A stretch of 64,000 nt of DNA from Escherichia coli (GTDB lineage: Bacteria; Pseudomonadota; Gammaproteobacteria; Enterobacterales; Enterobacteriaceae), in NCBI RefSeq assembly GCF_002854065.1, contig NZ_CP024147.1; one strand, written 5' to 3'. A program made the position numbers and the translations under genes. Each line of letters starts with the position of its first letter. Positions within the stretch are counted from its first letter, which is position 1. The notes below the pieces were generated by a model. It saw only the letters and a list, made by a program, of their open reading frames with translations, did not search any database and was not told the DNA's origin. Below are positions 43,585-54,755 of this stretch, piece by piece.

Positions 43585-43698
43585 ATGTGGTATTTCGCAT
43601 GGATTCTGGGAACGCTTCTTGCCTGTTCGTTTGGGGTAATCACCGCGCTGGCGCTTGAGCACGTCGAATCAGGCAAAGCCGGTCAAGAAGACATCTGA
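43585..43698 (+). CDS. cydX: Cytochrome bd-I small subunit CydX (37 aa)
   Basis: Short ORF MWYFAWILGTLLACSFGVITALALEHVESGKAGQEDI with RBS aaggag; not in the ORF track because under 60 aa. Confidence 0.9.
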   Translation: MWYFAWILGTLLACSFGVITALALEHVESGKAGQEDI

Positions 43699-43991
43699 TG
43701 AGTAAGATTATCGCAACCTTGTATGCGGTAATGGACAAGCGCCCCCTGCGGGCGCTTTCCTTCGTGATGGCGCTTCTGTTAGCAGGATGTATGTTTTGGG
43801 ACCCATCTCGTTTTGCCGCGAAGACCAGTGAACTGGAAATCTGGCATGGTTTATTGCTGATGTGGGCCGTCTGTGCTGGTGTGATTCACGGCGTGGGCTT
43901 TCGTCCGCAGAAGGTTCTTTGGCAAGGGATTTTTTGCCCATTGCTTGCCGATATTGTTCTCATTGTCGGGCTGATTTTCTTCTTCTTTTAA
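43698..43991 (+). CDS. ybgE: Inner membrane protein YbgE
   Basis: 97-aa hydrophobic ORF overlapping the cydX stop. Confidence 0.85.
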   Translation: MSKIIATLYAVMDKRPLRALSFVMALLLAGCMFWDPSRFAAKTSELEIWHGLLLMWAVCAGVIHGVGFRPQKVLWQGIFCPLLADIVLIVGLIFFFF

Positions 43992-44007
43992 ATCAGAATT
44001 CTCTTTA

Positions 44008-44040
44008 AAAAATTATGGGCCGCTCCAGGCCCATAAATTT
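44008..44040 (+). terminator. Rho-independent terminator after ybgE
   Basis: Hairpin ttatgggccgctccaggcccataa followed by a T-run. Confidence 0.6.
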
Positions 44041-44140
44041 TTACGCTCCCTTAACTTGCCCTCATTCCCAAACCTCAATCGCGCGCGTATAGTAGCAGCG
44101 TTTAAAAGCTCTAACTTTTGTTGCATTACCGGGATGTAAA

Positions 44141-45234
<1,094 letters not shown>

Positions 45235-45237
45235 GCC

Positions 45238-45666
45238 ATGGCCAGAGCGCGTGGACGAGGTCGTCGCGATCTCAAGTCCGAAATCAACATTGTACCGTTG
45301 CTGGACGTACTGCTGGTGCTGTTGCTGATCTTTATGGCGACAGCGCCCATCATCACCCAGAGCGTGGAGGTCGATCTGCCAGACGCTACTGAATCACAGG
45401 CGGTGAGCAGTAACGATAATCCGCCAGTGATTGTTGAAGTGTCTGGTATTGGTCAGTACACCGTGGTGGTTGAGAAAGATCGCCTGGAGCGTTTACCACC
45501 AGAGCAGGTGGTGGCGGAAGTGTCCAGCCGTTTCAAGGCCAACCCGAAAACGGTCTTTCTGATCGGTGGCGCAAAAGATGTGCCTTACGATGAAATAATT
45601 AAAGCACTGAACTTGTTACATAGTGCGGGTGTGAAATCGGTTGGTTTAATGACGCAGCCTATCTAA
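45238..45666 (+). CDS. tolR: Tol-Pal system protein TolR
   Basis: 142-aa ORF (ExbD family). Confidence 0.95.
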   Translation: MARARGRGRRDLKSEINIVPLLDVLLVLLLIFMATAPIITQSVEVDLPDATESQAVSSNDNPPVIVEVSGIGQYTVVVEKDRLERLPPEQVVAEVSSRFKANPKTVFLIGGAKDVPYDEIIKALNLLHSAGVKSVGLMTQPI

Positions 45667-45730
45667 ACATCTGCGTTTCCCTTGCTTGAAAGAGAGCGGG
45701 TAACAGGCGAACAGTTTTTGGAAACCGAGA

Positions 45731-47026
45731 GTGTCAAAGGCAACCGAACAAAACGACAAGCTCAAGCGGGCGATAATTATTTCAGCAGTGCTGCATGTCA
45801 TCTTATTTGCGGCGCTGATCTGGAGTTCGTTCGATGAGAATATAGAAGCTTCAGCTGGAGGCGGCGGTGGTTCGTCCATCGACGCTGTCATGGTTGATTC
45901 AGGTGCGGTAGTTGAGCAGTACAAACGCATGCAAAGCCAGGAATCAAGCGCGAAGCGTTCTGATGAGCAGCGCAAGATGAAGGAACAGCAGGCTGCTGAA
46001 GAACTGCGTGAGAAACAAGCGGCTGAACAGGAACGCCTGAAGCAACTTGAGAAAGAGCGGTTAGCTGCTCAGGAACAGAAAAAGCAGGCTGAAGAAGCCG
46101 CAAAACAGGCCGAGTTAAAGCAGAAGCAAGCGGAAGAGGCGGCAGCGAAAGCGGCGGCAGATGCTAAAGCGAAGGCCGAAGCGGATGCTAAAGCTGCGGA
46201 AGATGCAGCGAAGAAAGCGGCTGCAGATGCGAAGAAAAAAGCAGAAGCAGAAGCCGCCAAAGCCGCAGCCGAAGCGCAGAAAAAAACCGAGGCAGCAGCT
46301 GCGGCGCTGAAGAAGAAAGCGGAAGCGGCAGAAGCAGCTGCAGCTGAAGCAAGAAAGAAAGCGGCAACTGAAGCTGCTGAAAAAGCCAAGGCAGAAGCTG
46401 AGAAGAAAGCGGCTGCTGAAAAGGCTGCAGCTGATAAGAAAGCGGCAGCAGAGAAAGCTGCAGCCGACAAAAAAGCAGCAGAAAAAGCGGCTGCAGAAAA
46501 GGCAGCAGCTGATAAGAAAGCAGCGGCAGAAAAAGCCGCCGCAGACAAAAAAGCGGCAGCTGCAAAAGCAGCAGCTGCAAAAGCAGCAGCTGCAAAAGCA
46601 GCAGCTGAAAAAGCCGCTGCAGCAAAAGCTGCCGCAGAGGCAGATGATATTTTCGGTGAGCTAAGCTCTGGTAAGAATGCACCGAAAACGGGGGGAGGGG
46701 CGAAAGGGAACAATGCTTCGCCTGCCGGGAGTGGTAATACTAAAAACAATGGCGCATCAGGGGCCGATATCAATAACTATGCCGGGCAGATTAAATCTGC
46801 TATCGAAAGTAAGTTCTATGACGCATCGTCCTATGCAGGCAAAACCTGTACGCTGCGCATAAAACTGGCACCCGATGGTATGTTACTGGATATCAAACCT
46901 GAAGGTGGCGATCCCGCACTTTGTCAGGCTGCGTTGGCAGCAGCTAAACTTGCGAAGATCCCGAAACCACCAAGCCAGGCAGTATATGAAGTGTTCAAAA
47001 ACGCGCCATTGGACTTCAAACCGTAA
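45731..47026 (+). CDS. tolA: Tol-Pal system protein TolA (GTG start)
   Basis: 431-aa ORF; N-terminal anchor, long Ala/Lys/Glu-rich helical repeat domain, C-terminal domain. Confidence 0.95.
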   Translation: MSKATEQNDKLKRAIIISAVLHVILFAALIWSSFDENIEASAGGGGGSSIDAVMVDSGAVVEQYKRMQSQESSAKRSDEQRKMKEQQAAEELREKQAAEQERLKQLEKERLAAQEQKKQAEEAAKQAELKQKQAEEAAAKAAADAKAKAEADAKAAEDAAKKAAADAKKKAEAEAAKAAAEAQKKTEAAAAALKKKAEAAEAAAAEARKKAATEAAEKAKAEAEKKAAAEKAAADKKAAAEKAAADKKAAEKAAAEKAAADKKAAAEKAAADKKAAAAKAAAAKAAAAKAAAEKAAAAKAAAEADDIFGELSSGKNAPKTGGGAKGNNASPAGSGNTKNNGASGADINNYAGQIKSAIESKFYDASSYAGKTCTLRIKLAPDGMLLDIKPEGGDPALCQAALAAAKLAKIPKPPSQAVYEVFKNAPLDFKP

Positions 47027-47158
47027 TCGCGATGCTGACTGTTCCGACGGTCAACATCAGGCACCGGTTGCCACGGGGTTCTGGTAGTTTTGTGTATTTT
47101 AGTTTGTTAACATTCTGCTAAATTATCGTGGGCCATCGGTCCAGATAAGGGAGATATG

Positions 47159-48451
47159 ATGAAGCAGGCATTACGAGTAGCATTTGGTTTTCTCATATTG
47201 TGGGCATCAGTTCTTCATGCTGAAGTCCGCATTGTGATCGACAGCGGTGTAGATTCCGGTCGTCCTATTGGAGTTGTTCCTTTCCAGTGGGCGGGCCCTG
47301 GTGCGGCACCTGAAGATATTGGCGGCATCGTTGCTGCCGACTTGCGTAACAGCGGTAAATTTAATCCGTTAGATCGCGCTCGTCTGCCACAGCAGCCGGG
47401 TAGTGCGCAGGAAGTACAACCAGCTGCATGGTCCGCGCTGGGTATTGACGCTGTAGTTGTCGGTCAGGTCACTCCGAATCCGGATGGTTCTTACAATGTT
47501 GCTTATCAACTTGTTGACACTGGCGGCGCACCGGGTACTGTACTTGCTCAGAACTCGTACAAAGTGAACAAGCAGTGGCTGCGTTATGCTGGTCATACCG
47601 CCAGTGATGAAGTGTTTGAAAAACTGACCGGTATTAAAGGTGCGTTCCGTACCCGTATTGCCTACGTTGTTCAGACCAACGGCGGTCAGTTCCCGTATGA
47701 ACTGCGCGTATCTGACTATGACGGTTACAACCAGTTTGTCGTTCACCGTTCACCACAGCCGCTGATGTCCCCGGCGTGGTCACCAGACGGTTCTAAACTG
47801 GCTTATGTGACCTTCGAAAGCGGTCGTTCCGCGCTGGTTATCCAAACGCTGGCAAACGGCGCTGTACGTCAGGTGGCTTCATTCCCGCGTCACAACGGTG
47901 CGCCTGCATTCTCGCCAGACGGCAGCAAACTGGCATTCGCCTTGTCGAAAACCGGTAGCCTGAACCTGTACGTAATGGATTTGGCTTCTGGTCAGATCCG
48001 CCAGGTGACTGATGGTCGCAGTAACAATACCGAACCGACCTGGTTCCCGGACAGCCAGAACCTGGCATTTACTTCTGACCAGGCCGGTCGTCCACAGGTT
48101 TATAAAGTGAATATCAACGGCGGTGCGCCACAACGTATTACCTGGGAAGGTTCGCAGAACCAGGATGCGGATGTCAGCAGCGACGGTAAATTTATGGTAA
48201 TGGTCAGCTCCAACGGTGGGCAGCAGCACATTGCCAAACAAGATCTGGCAACGGGAGGCGTACAAGTTCTGTCGTCCACGTTCCTGGATGAAACGCCAAG
48301 TCTGGCACCTAACGGCACTATGGTAATCTACAGCTCTTCTCAGGGGATGGGATCCGTGCTGAATTTGGTTTCTACAGATGGGCGTTTCAAAGCGCGTCTT
48401 CCGGCAACTGATGGACAGGTCAAATTCCCTGCCTGGTCGCCGTATCTGTGA
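47159..48451 (+). CDS. tolB: Tol-Pal system periplasmic protein TolB
   Basis: 430 aa from [21 protein letters not shown] (signal peptide); beta-propeller protein. Confidence 0.95.
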   Translation: MKQALRVAFGFLILWASVLHAEVRIVIDSGVDSGRPIGVVPFQWAGPGAAPEDIGGIVAADLRNSGKFNPLDRARLPQQPGSAQEVQPAAWSALGIDAVVVGQVTPNPDGSYNVAYQLVDTGGAPGTVLAQNSYKVNKQWLRYAGHTASDEVFEKLTGIKGAFRTRIAYVVQTNGGQFPYELRVSDYDGYNQFVVHRSPQPLMSPAWSPDGSKLAYVTFESGRSALVIQTLANGAVRQVASFPRHNGAPAFSPDGSKLAFALSKTGSLNLYVMDLASGQIRQVTDGRSNNTEPTWFPDSQNLAFTSDQAGRPQVYKVNINGGAPQRITWEGSQNQDADVSSDGKFMVMVSSNGGQQHIAKQDLATGGVQVLSSTFLDETPSLAPNGTMVIYSSSQGMGSVLNLVSTDGRFKARLPATDGQVKFPAWSPYL

Positions 48452-48461
48452 TAATAATTAA

Positions 48462-49007
<546 letters not shown>

Positions 49008-49016
49008 GAGAATTGC

Positions 49017-49808
49017 ATGAGCAGTAACTTCAGACATCAACTATTGAGTCTGTCGTTACTGGTTGGTATAGCGGCCCCCTGGGCCGCTTTTGCTCAGGCA
49101 CCAATCAGTAGTGTCGGCTCAGGCTCGGTCGAAGACCGCGTCACTCAACTTGAGCGTATTTCTAATGCTCACAGCCAGCTTTTAACCCAACTCCAGCAAC
49201 AACTCTCTGATAATCAATCCGATATTGATTCCCTGCGTGGTCAGATTCAGGAAAATCAGTATCAACTGAATCAGGTCGTGGAGCGGCAAAAGCAGATCCT
49301 GTTGCAGATCGACAGCCTCAGCAGCGGTGGTGCAGCGGCGCAATCAACCAGCGGTGATCAAAGCGGTGCGGCGGCATCAACGACGCCGACAGCTGATGCT
49401 GGTACTGCGAATGCTGGCGCGCCGGTGAAAAGCGGTGATGCAAACACGGATTACAATGCAGCTATTGCGCTGGTGCAGGATAAATCCCGCCAGGATGACG
49501 CAATGGTGGCATTTCAGAATTTCATCAAAAATTACCCTGATTCAACTTACCTGCCAAACGCCAATTATTGGCTGGGTCAGTTAAACTACAACAAGGGTAA
49601 AAAAGATGATGCGGCGTACTATTTTGCTTCGGTAGTGAAAAACTATCCGAAGTCACCAAAGGCTGCAGATGCGATGTTTAAAGTCGGTGTCATCATGCAG
49701 GACAAAGGTGACACCGCAAAAGCGAAAGCCGTATACCAGCAGGTTATCAGTAAATACCCTGGTACTGATGGCGCTAAACAGGCACAAAAACGTCTGAACG
49801 CGATGTAA
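49017..49808 (+). CDS. cpoB: Cell division coordinator CpoB (YbgF; TPR protein)
   Basis: 263-aa ORF with signal peptide, coiled coil and TPR region; last gene of the tol-pal cluster. Confidence 0.95.
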   Translation: MSSNFRHQLLSLSLLVGIAAPWAAFAQAPISSVGSGSVEDRVTQLERISNAHSQLLTQLQQQLSDNQSDIDSLRGQIQENQYQLNQVVERQKQILLQIDSLSSGGAAAQSTSGDQSGAAASTTPTADAGTANAGAPVKSGDANTDYNAAIALVQDKSRQDDAMVAFQNFIKNYPDSTYLPNANYWLGQLNYNKGKKDDAAYYFASVVKNYPKSPKAADAMFKVGVIMQDKGDTAKAKAVYQQVISKYPGTDGAKQAQKRLNAM

Positions 49809-49817
49809 TGCATAACA

Positions 49818-49852
49818 CACGACCAGAAGTCGCATTATTTCTGGTCGTGTCG
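49818..49852 (+). terminator. Rho-independent terminator after cpoB
   Basis: Hairpin cacgaccagaa…ttctggtcgtg. Confidence 0.6.
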
Positions 49853-49972
49853 TGCGAATCATAAGCAGTTGAGTGATCTACATCGAAATTTTTGTTGCGC
49901 TCAAGTCTGAAATCAGTAATATATGCCGCCGTTGCCACGGGATATCAAACAAACCGAAAGCAACGAAAAAGT

Positions 49973-50048
49973 GGGTCGTTAGCTCAGTTGGTAGAGCAGT
50001 TGACTTTTAATCAATTGGTCGCAGGTTCGAATCCTGCACGACCCACCA
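49973..50048 (+). tRNA. lysT: tRNA-Lys (anticodon UUU)
   Basis: 76-nt GGGTCGTTAGCTCAGTTGGTAGAGC…CTTTTAATC…GGTTCGAATCCTGCACGACCCACCA. Confidence 0.97.
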
Positions 50049-50083
50049 CTAACCTAGTTAGTTGTAGTATCCAGCGTAGTATC

Positions 50084-50159
50084 GGGTGATTAGCTCAGCT
50101 GGGAGAGCACCTCCCTTACAAGGAGGGGGTCGGCGGTTCGATCCCGTCATCACCCACCA
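50084..50159 (+). tRNA. valT: tRNA-Val (anticodon UAC)
   Basis: 76-nt GGGTGATTAGCTCAGCTGGGAGAGC…CCTTACAAGG…GGTTCGATCCCGTCATCACCCACCA. Confidence 0.97.
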
Positions 50160-50161
50160 CC

Positions 50162-50237
50162 GGGTCGTTAGCTCAGTTGGTAGAGCAGTTGACTTTTAAT
50201 CAATTGGTCGCAGGTTCGAATCCTGCACGACCCACCA
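50162..50237 (+). tRNA. lysW: tRNA-Lys (anticodon UUU)
   Basis: Identical to the first tRNA-Lys copy. Confidence 0.97.
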
Positions 50238-50288
50238 CTAATTACGGTGGGTTCGGTGGAAGTAGTTTGTAGTATCCAGCGCAGTATC

Positions 50289-50364
50289 GGGTGATTAGCT
50301 CAGCTGGGAGAGCACCTCCCTTACAAGGAGGGGGTCGGCGGTTCGAACCCGTCATCACCCACCA
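50289..50364 (+). tRNA. valZ: tRNA-Val (anticodon UAC)
   Basis: As valT, with a T-arm variant (GGTTCGAACCC). Confidence 0.97.
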
Positions 50365-50367
50365 CTC

Positions 50368-50443
50368 GGGTCGTTAGCTCAGTTGGTAGAGCAGTTGACT
50401 TTTAATCAATTGGTCGCAGGTTCGAATCCTGCACGACCCACCA
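50368..50443 (+). tRNA. lysY: tRNA-Lys (anticodon UUU)
   Basis: Identical tRNA-Lys copy. Confidence 0.97.
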
Positions 50444-50589
50444 GTTTTAACATCAAACTCAGATGTTAAGCGTGAAGGATAACGTTGCGCCAGCAACGGC
50501 CCGTAGGGCGAGCGAAGCGAGTCATCCTGCACGACCCACCAATCTTAAAGATTGGCCCCGAGTAAAAATCTTTCAGGTAACACCCGTAT

Positions 50590-50665
50590 GGGTCGTTAGC
50601 TCAGTTGGTAGAGCAGTTGACTTTTAATCAATTGGTCGCAGGTTCGAATCCTGCACGACCCACCA
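50590..50665 (+). tRNA. lysZ: tRNA-Lys (anticodon UUU)
   Basis: Identical tRNA-Lys copy. Confidence 0.97.
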
Positions 50666-50698
50666 TCCTGAATGATTAAAGCAGCATAATCCCGCAAG

Positions 50699-50774
50699 GG
50701 GTCGTTAGCTCAGTTGGTAGAGCAGTTGACTTTTAATCAATTGGTCGCAGGTTCGAATCCTGCACGACCCACCA
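50699..50774 (+). tRNA. lysQ: tRNA-Lys (anticodon UUU)
   Basis: Identical tRNA-Lys copy, followed by a terminator. Confidence 0.97.
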
Positions 50775-50778
50775 ATGT

Positions 50779-50808
50779 AAAAAAGCGCCCTAAAGGCGCT
50801 TTTTTGCT
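50779..50808 (+). terminator. Rho-independent terminator of the tRNA operon
   Basis: aaaaaagcgccctaaaggcgcttttttgct; a second copy lies at 50935–50965. Confidence 0.8.
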
Positions 50809-51117
50809 ATCTGCGATACTCAAAGATTCGAACCTGCAGCAGGTTTGAGTTGAGCGTAGCGAAACAACGGAGCCGCTCGCGGCGACGGCCCGAAGGGCGA
50901 GCGAAGCGAGTCATCCTGCACGACCCACCAATGTAAAAAAGCGCCCTAAAGGCGCTTTTTTGCTATTCAGGCATCTCTCAATTTCAATTCTTGACCCTGA
51001 TGACATACTTCGCGCTTGCTGCGTAAACAACTTTACGTCGGAGGAATAAGACGCAAAGTGTGGCATTCGGCATCTCATACGTAATTCGAGTGACTTTTCC
51101 CCACCATTCGACTATCT

Positions 51118-51135
51118 TGTTTAGCATATAAAACA
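51118..51135. promoter_or_regulatory. Putative NadR operator upstream of nadA
   Basis: Palindrome tgtttagcatataaaaca (TGTTTA-N6-TAAACA type). Confidence 0.5.
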
Positions 51136-51207
51136 AATTACACCGATAACAGCGAATATCACGCTAATGTCGGTTTTAACGTTAAGCTTGTAAAACGAGA
51201 TGGTAAG

Positions 51208-52251
51208 ATGAGCGTGATGTTTGATCCAGACACGGCGATTTATCCTTTCCCCCCGAAGCCGACGCCGTTAAGCATTGATGAAAAAGCGTATTACCGCGAG
51301 AAGATAAAACGTCTGCTAAAAGAACGTAATGCGGTGATGGTTGCCCACTACTATACCGATCCCGAAATTCAACAACTGGCAGAAGAAACCGGTGGTTGTA
51401 TTTCTGATTCTCTGGAAATGGCGCGCTTCGGTGCAAAGCATCCCGCTTCTACGTTGTTAGTCGCTGGGGTGAGATTTATGGGAGAAACCGCCAAAATTCT
51501 CAGTCCGGAAAAAACAATTCTGATGCCGACACTTCAGGCTGAGTGTTCACTGGATCTCGGCTGCCCTGTTGAAGAATTTAACGCATTTTGCGATGCCCAT
51601 CCCGATCGTACTGTCGTCGTCTACGCCAACACTTCTGCTGCGGTAAAAGCGCGCGCAGATTGGGTGGTAACTTCAAGCGTTGCCGTCGAACTTATTGATC
51701 ATCTTGATAGTTTGGGTGAAAAAATCATCTGGGCACCCGACAAACATCTGGGGCGTTACGTGCAAAAACAGACGGGCGCAGACATTTTATGCTGGCAGGG
51801 TGCTTGCATTGTGCATGATGAATTTAAGACTCAGGCGTTAACCCGCTTGCAAGAAGAATACCCGGATGCTGCCATACTGGTGCATCCAGAATCACCACAA
51901 GCTATTGTAGATATGGCTGATGCGGTCGGTTCCACCAGTCAACTGATCGCTGCTGCAAAAACATTGCCACATCAGCGGCTTATCGTGGCAACCGATCGGG
52001 GCATTTTCTACAAAATGCAGCAGGCGGTGCCAGATAAAGAGTTACTGGAAGCACCAACCGCGGGTGAGGGCGCAACCTGCCGCAGCTGCGCGCATTGTCC
52101 GTGGATGGCCATGAATGGCCTTCAGGCTATCGCTGAGGCATTAGAACAGGAAGGAAGTAATCACGAGGTTCATGTTGATGAGAGGCTGCGAGAGAGGGCG
52201 CTGGTGCCGCTCAATCGTATGCTGGATTTTGCGGCTACACTACGTGGATAA
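51208..52251 (+). CDS. nadA: Quinolinate synthase A
   Basis: 347-aa ORF; N-terminus [18 protein letters not shown]; synteny with pnuC. Confidence 0.95.
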   Translation: MSVMFDPDTAIYPFPPKPTPLSIDEKAYYREKIKRLLKERNAVMVAHYYTDPEIQQLAEETGGCISDSLEMARFGAKHPASTLLVAGVRFMGETAKILSPEKTILMPTLQAECSLDLGCPVEEFNAFCDAHPDRTVVVYANTSAAVKARADWVVTSSVAVELIDHLDSLGEKIIWAPDKHLGRYVQKQTGADILCWQGACIVHDEFKTQALTRLQEEYPDAAILVHPESPQAIVDMADAVGSTSQLIAAAKTLPHQRLIVATDRGIFYKMQQAVPDKELLEAPTAGEGATCRSCAHCPWMAMNGLQAIAEALEQEGSNHEVHVDERLRERALVPLNRMLDFAATLRG

Positions 52252-52288
52252 CGAATAATAAGGCGTAACGTTACGCTTTGGGGGAAAG

Positions 52289-53008
52289 ATGGATTTTTTT
52301 AGTGTGCAGAATATCCTGGTACATATACCAATAGGGGCAGGCGGTTATGATCTCTCATGGATCGAAGCGGTAGGCACGATCGCCGGGTTGCTGTGTATTG
52401 GCCTTGCCAGTCTGGAGAAGATCAGCAACTACTTCTTTGGCCTGATCAACGTCACCTTGTTTGGCATTATTTTCTTTCAGATTCAGCTGTATGCCAGCCT
52501 GCTATTACAGGTGTTTTTCTTTGCCGCGAATATTTACGGTTGGTATGCGTGGTCGCGACAAACCAGTCAGAACGAGGCGGAGTTGAAAATTCGCTGGTTA
52601 CCATTGCCGAAGGCATTAACCTGGCTGGCGGTTTGTGTCATTGCTATTGGTCTGATGACGGTATTTATCAATCCGGTGTTTGCATTTTTGACCCGCGTGG
52701 CAGTCATCATCATGCAAGCATTAGGATTACAGGTTGCGATGCCTGAACTACAACCGGACGCTTTCCCGTTCTGGGATTCTTGCATGATGGTGTTATCTAT
52801 CGTGGCAATGATTCTGATGACGCGTAAATATGTGGAAAACTGGCTGTTGTGGGTGATTATTAACGTGATTAGCGTCGTTATTTTTGCACTTCAGGGCGTT
52901 TACGCCATGTCTCTGGAGTACATCATCCTGACCTTTATTGCGCTCAACGGCAGCCGGATGTGGATCAACAGCGCACGCGAAAGAGGCTCACGCGCGCTGT
53001 CCCATTAA
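52289..53008 (+). CDS. pnuC: Nicotinamide riboside transporter PnuC
   Basis: 239-aa membrane ORF downstream of nadA. Confidence 0.95.
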   Translation: MDFFSVQNILVHIPIGAGGYDLSWIEAVGTIAGLLCIGLASLEKISNYFFGLINVTLFGIIFFQIQLYASLLLQVFFFAANIYGWYAWSRQTSQNEAELKIRWLPLPKALTWLAVCVIAIGLMTVFINPVFAFLTRVAVIIMQALGLQVAMPELQPDAFPFWDSCMMVLSIVAMILMTRKYVENWLLWVIINVISVVIFALQGVYAMSLEYIILTFIALNGSRMWINSARERGSRALSH

Positions 53009-53946
53009 TGGTGATGATGTGAATGGCCAGACACCCCTTCATTCAGGTGGCAGTCTGGCCCATGACAAGGTTGATATTCCATCTGAATGGTGGCGTGCTC
53101 AATCTGATAGTGATCCATCAGGTAGTGTTGGATCTGATCCAACAAGGCATCGTGATCGTGTGGCGGGATCACCTGCACATGCAACGTCATCACCGGCTTC
53201 TCGCCTACCATCCATACATGCACATGGTGCACATTGCGGACTTCCGGGATTTCCCGGCACATACGACGCTTCAGTTCAGCGATATCCAGCGATACCGGTG
53301 CACCTTCAAGTAATTCATTCACGCTATCTTTCAACAGTCGCCACGCGCTACGCAGAACCAGAAGCGACACCAGTATCGAGAGAATGGGGTCAGCAGGTGT
53401 CCAGCCGGTCCAGATAATAATCAACGCGGCAATAATAGCCCCAACCGAACCCAGCAGGTCCCCGAGCACATGCAGTGCCGCTGCTCGTACGTTGAGGTTT
53501 TTCTCTTCGCTGCCGTGATGAAGTAACCAGAAAGAAAGTATATTTGCCAGCAACCCAGCCACGGCAATTGCCATCATCATGCCGCCCTCGACCGGACGCG
53601 GCGTGCGGAAGCGTTCTATCGCCTCCCAGACAATCAAAATGGTAATTACCACCAGGGCGATGGCATTCACAAACGCCGCGAGCGTGGTCAGTCTTAGCCA
53701 ACCGAAAGTGTGGCGAATGGTGGGAGGACGACGTGAAAATTGCACGGCGAGTAGGGCGAAAAGCAGGGCGGCAGTATCGGTCAACATATGACCCGCATCG
53801 GCCAGCAAAGCCAGAGAACCAGAAAGAAAACCACCAACGACTTCTACCAGCATAAACCCGGCAGTCACGCCGAAAGCATACAACAAGCGACGAGCATTAT
53901 TATCTTCTGGCAGGTGTGAGGACGTGTGTGAGTGTGAGTGCGCCAT
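53005..53946 (-). CDS. zitB: Zinc efflux transporter ZitB (cation diffusion facilitator)
   Basis: 313-aa ORF with His-rich termini ([11 protein letters not shown]… …SGHSHHHH) and CDF membrane core. Confidence 0.95.
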
Positions 53947-54059
53947 GACGAGTCATCCCTTAATTATTCTCACTTAACTTTATGACATCATACTGCTTTT
54001 AGAAGTGAAAAATTAAAAGGGAGAGACTCCGCTCTCCCATTATTGGCTATTTTGCAGGG

Positions 54060-54440
54060 TTACTGCGTGGTACCGTCGGTTTTGGTATCGACATCATTAT
54101 TGATGCCATCACCGGTTTGTACCTTTTTATTGATATCCGGACAGCGACCATCTTTGCACATGGTGTTCTTGTGCTCTTCATCTTTAGTCATTCCGTCATT
54201 GTTCATTGAAGAACCATCCGGATGCAGCATTGTGCCGCCAGAACCGTTATTTACCCCGTTATTGTCGACGTTATTTGGCGCGACATTTTCACGGGCGTCA
54301 GGGGCTACCTGGCCCGCATCAGCTGCGGCGTTTGCCTGGCCGTTATTAGTTTGCGCTCCGCTATCGGCAGCCAGTGCGGCACCGCTGGCAAGGCTTAGAG
54401 TGGCAGTCAGAAATAGTGTGGCCAGTTTTGTCATTTTCAT
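54060..54440 (-). CDS. ybgS: Secreted Gly/Asn/Asp-rich protein YbgS
   Basis: 126-aa ORF with signal peptide and low-complexity N/G/D-rich body. Confidence 0.85.
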   Translation of the reverse strand: MKMTKLATLFLTATLSLASGAALAADSGAQTNNGQANAAADAGQVAPDARENVAPNNVDNNGVNNGSGGTMLHPDGSSMNNDGMTKDEEHKNTMCKDGRCPDINKKVQTGDGINNDVDTKTDGTTQ

Positions 54441-54667
54441 AGGATGCTCCTGTTATGGTCGTTATGTCGGATAACCTCTTCCAACAGTGCATTTGCAGGT
54501 GAATATAAGACATTGGTTTAAGATTTCAGCCAGGCAAAGAAATCCAGCAGAGAATCTTGAAATAATTAACAAACAAAGGAGTTACAGTTAGAAATTGTAG
54601 GAGAGATCTCGTTTTTCGCGACAATCTGGCGTTTTTCTTGCTAATTCCAGGATTAATCCGTTCATAG

Positions 54668-54685
54668 TGTAAAACCCCGTTTACA
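54668..54685. promoter_or_regulatory. TyrR box upstream of aroG
   Basis: tgtaaaaccccgtttaca fits the TGTAAA-N6-TTTACA consensus. Confidence 0.7.
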
Positions 54686-54755
54686 CATTCTGACGGAAGA
54701 TATAGATTGGAAGTATTGCATTCACTAAGATAAGTATGGCAACACTGGAACAGAC

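Noticed and set aside
41255-43600. Minus-strand ORFs inside cydA/cydB (41255..42193, 42320..43021, 43079..43600)
   Set aside because: Antisense to conserved cytochrome bd genes.
46069-46773. 234-aa and 164-aa minus-strand ORFs (46069..46773, 46188..46682) made of Ala/Leu/Ser/Phe repeats
   Set aside because: Antisense to the tolA repeat domain; an artefact of the low-complexity DNA repeats.
49973-50965. Regularly spaced repeats in the tRNA region as a possible CRISPR array
   Set aside because: The repeats are complete tRNA genes (76 nt with cloverleaf features and CCA ends) with irregular spacing, not short direct repeats with unique spacers; no cas genes are present.
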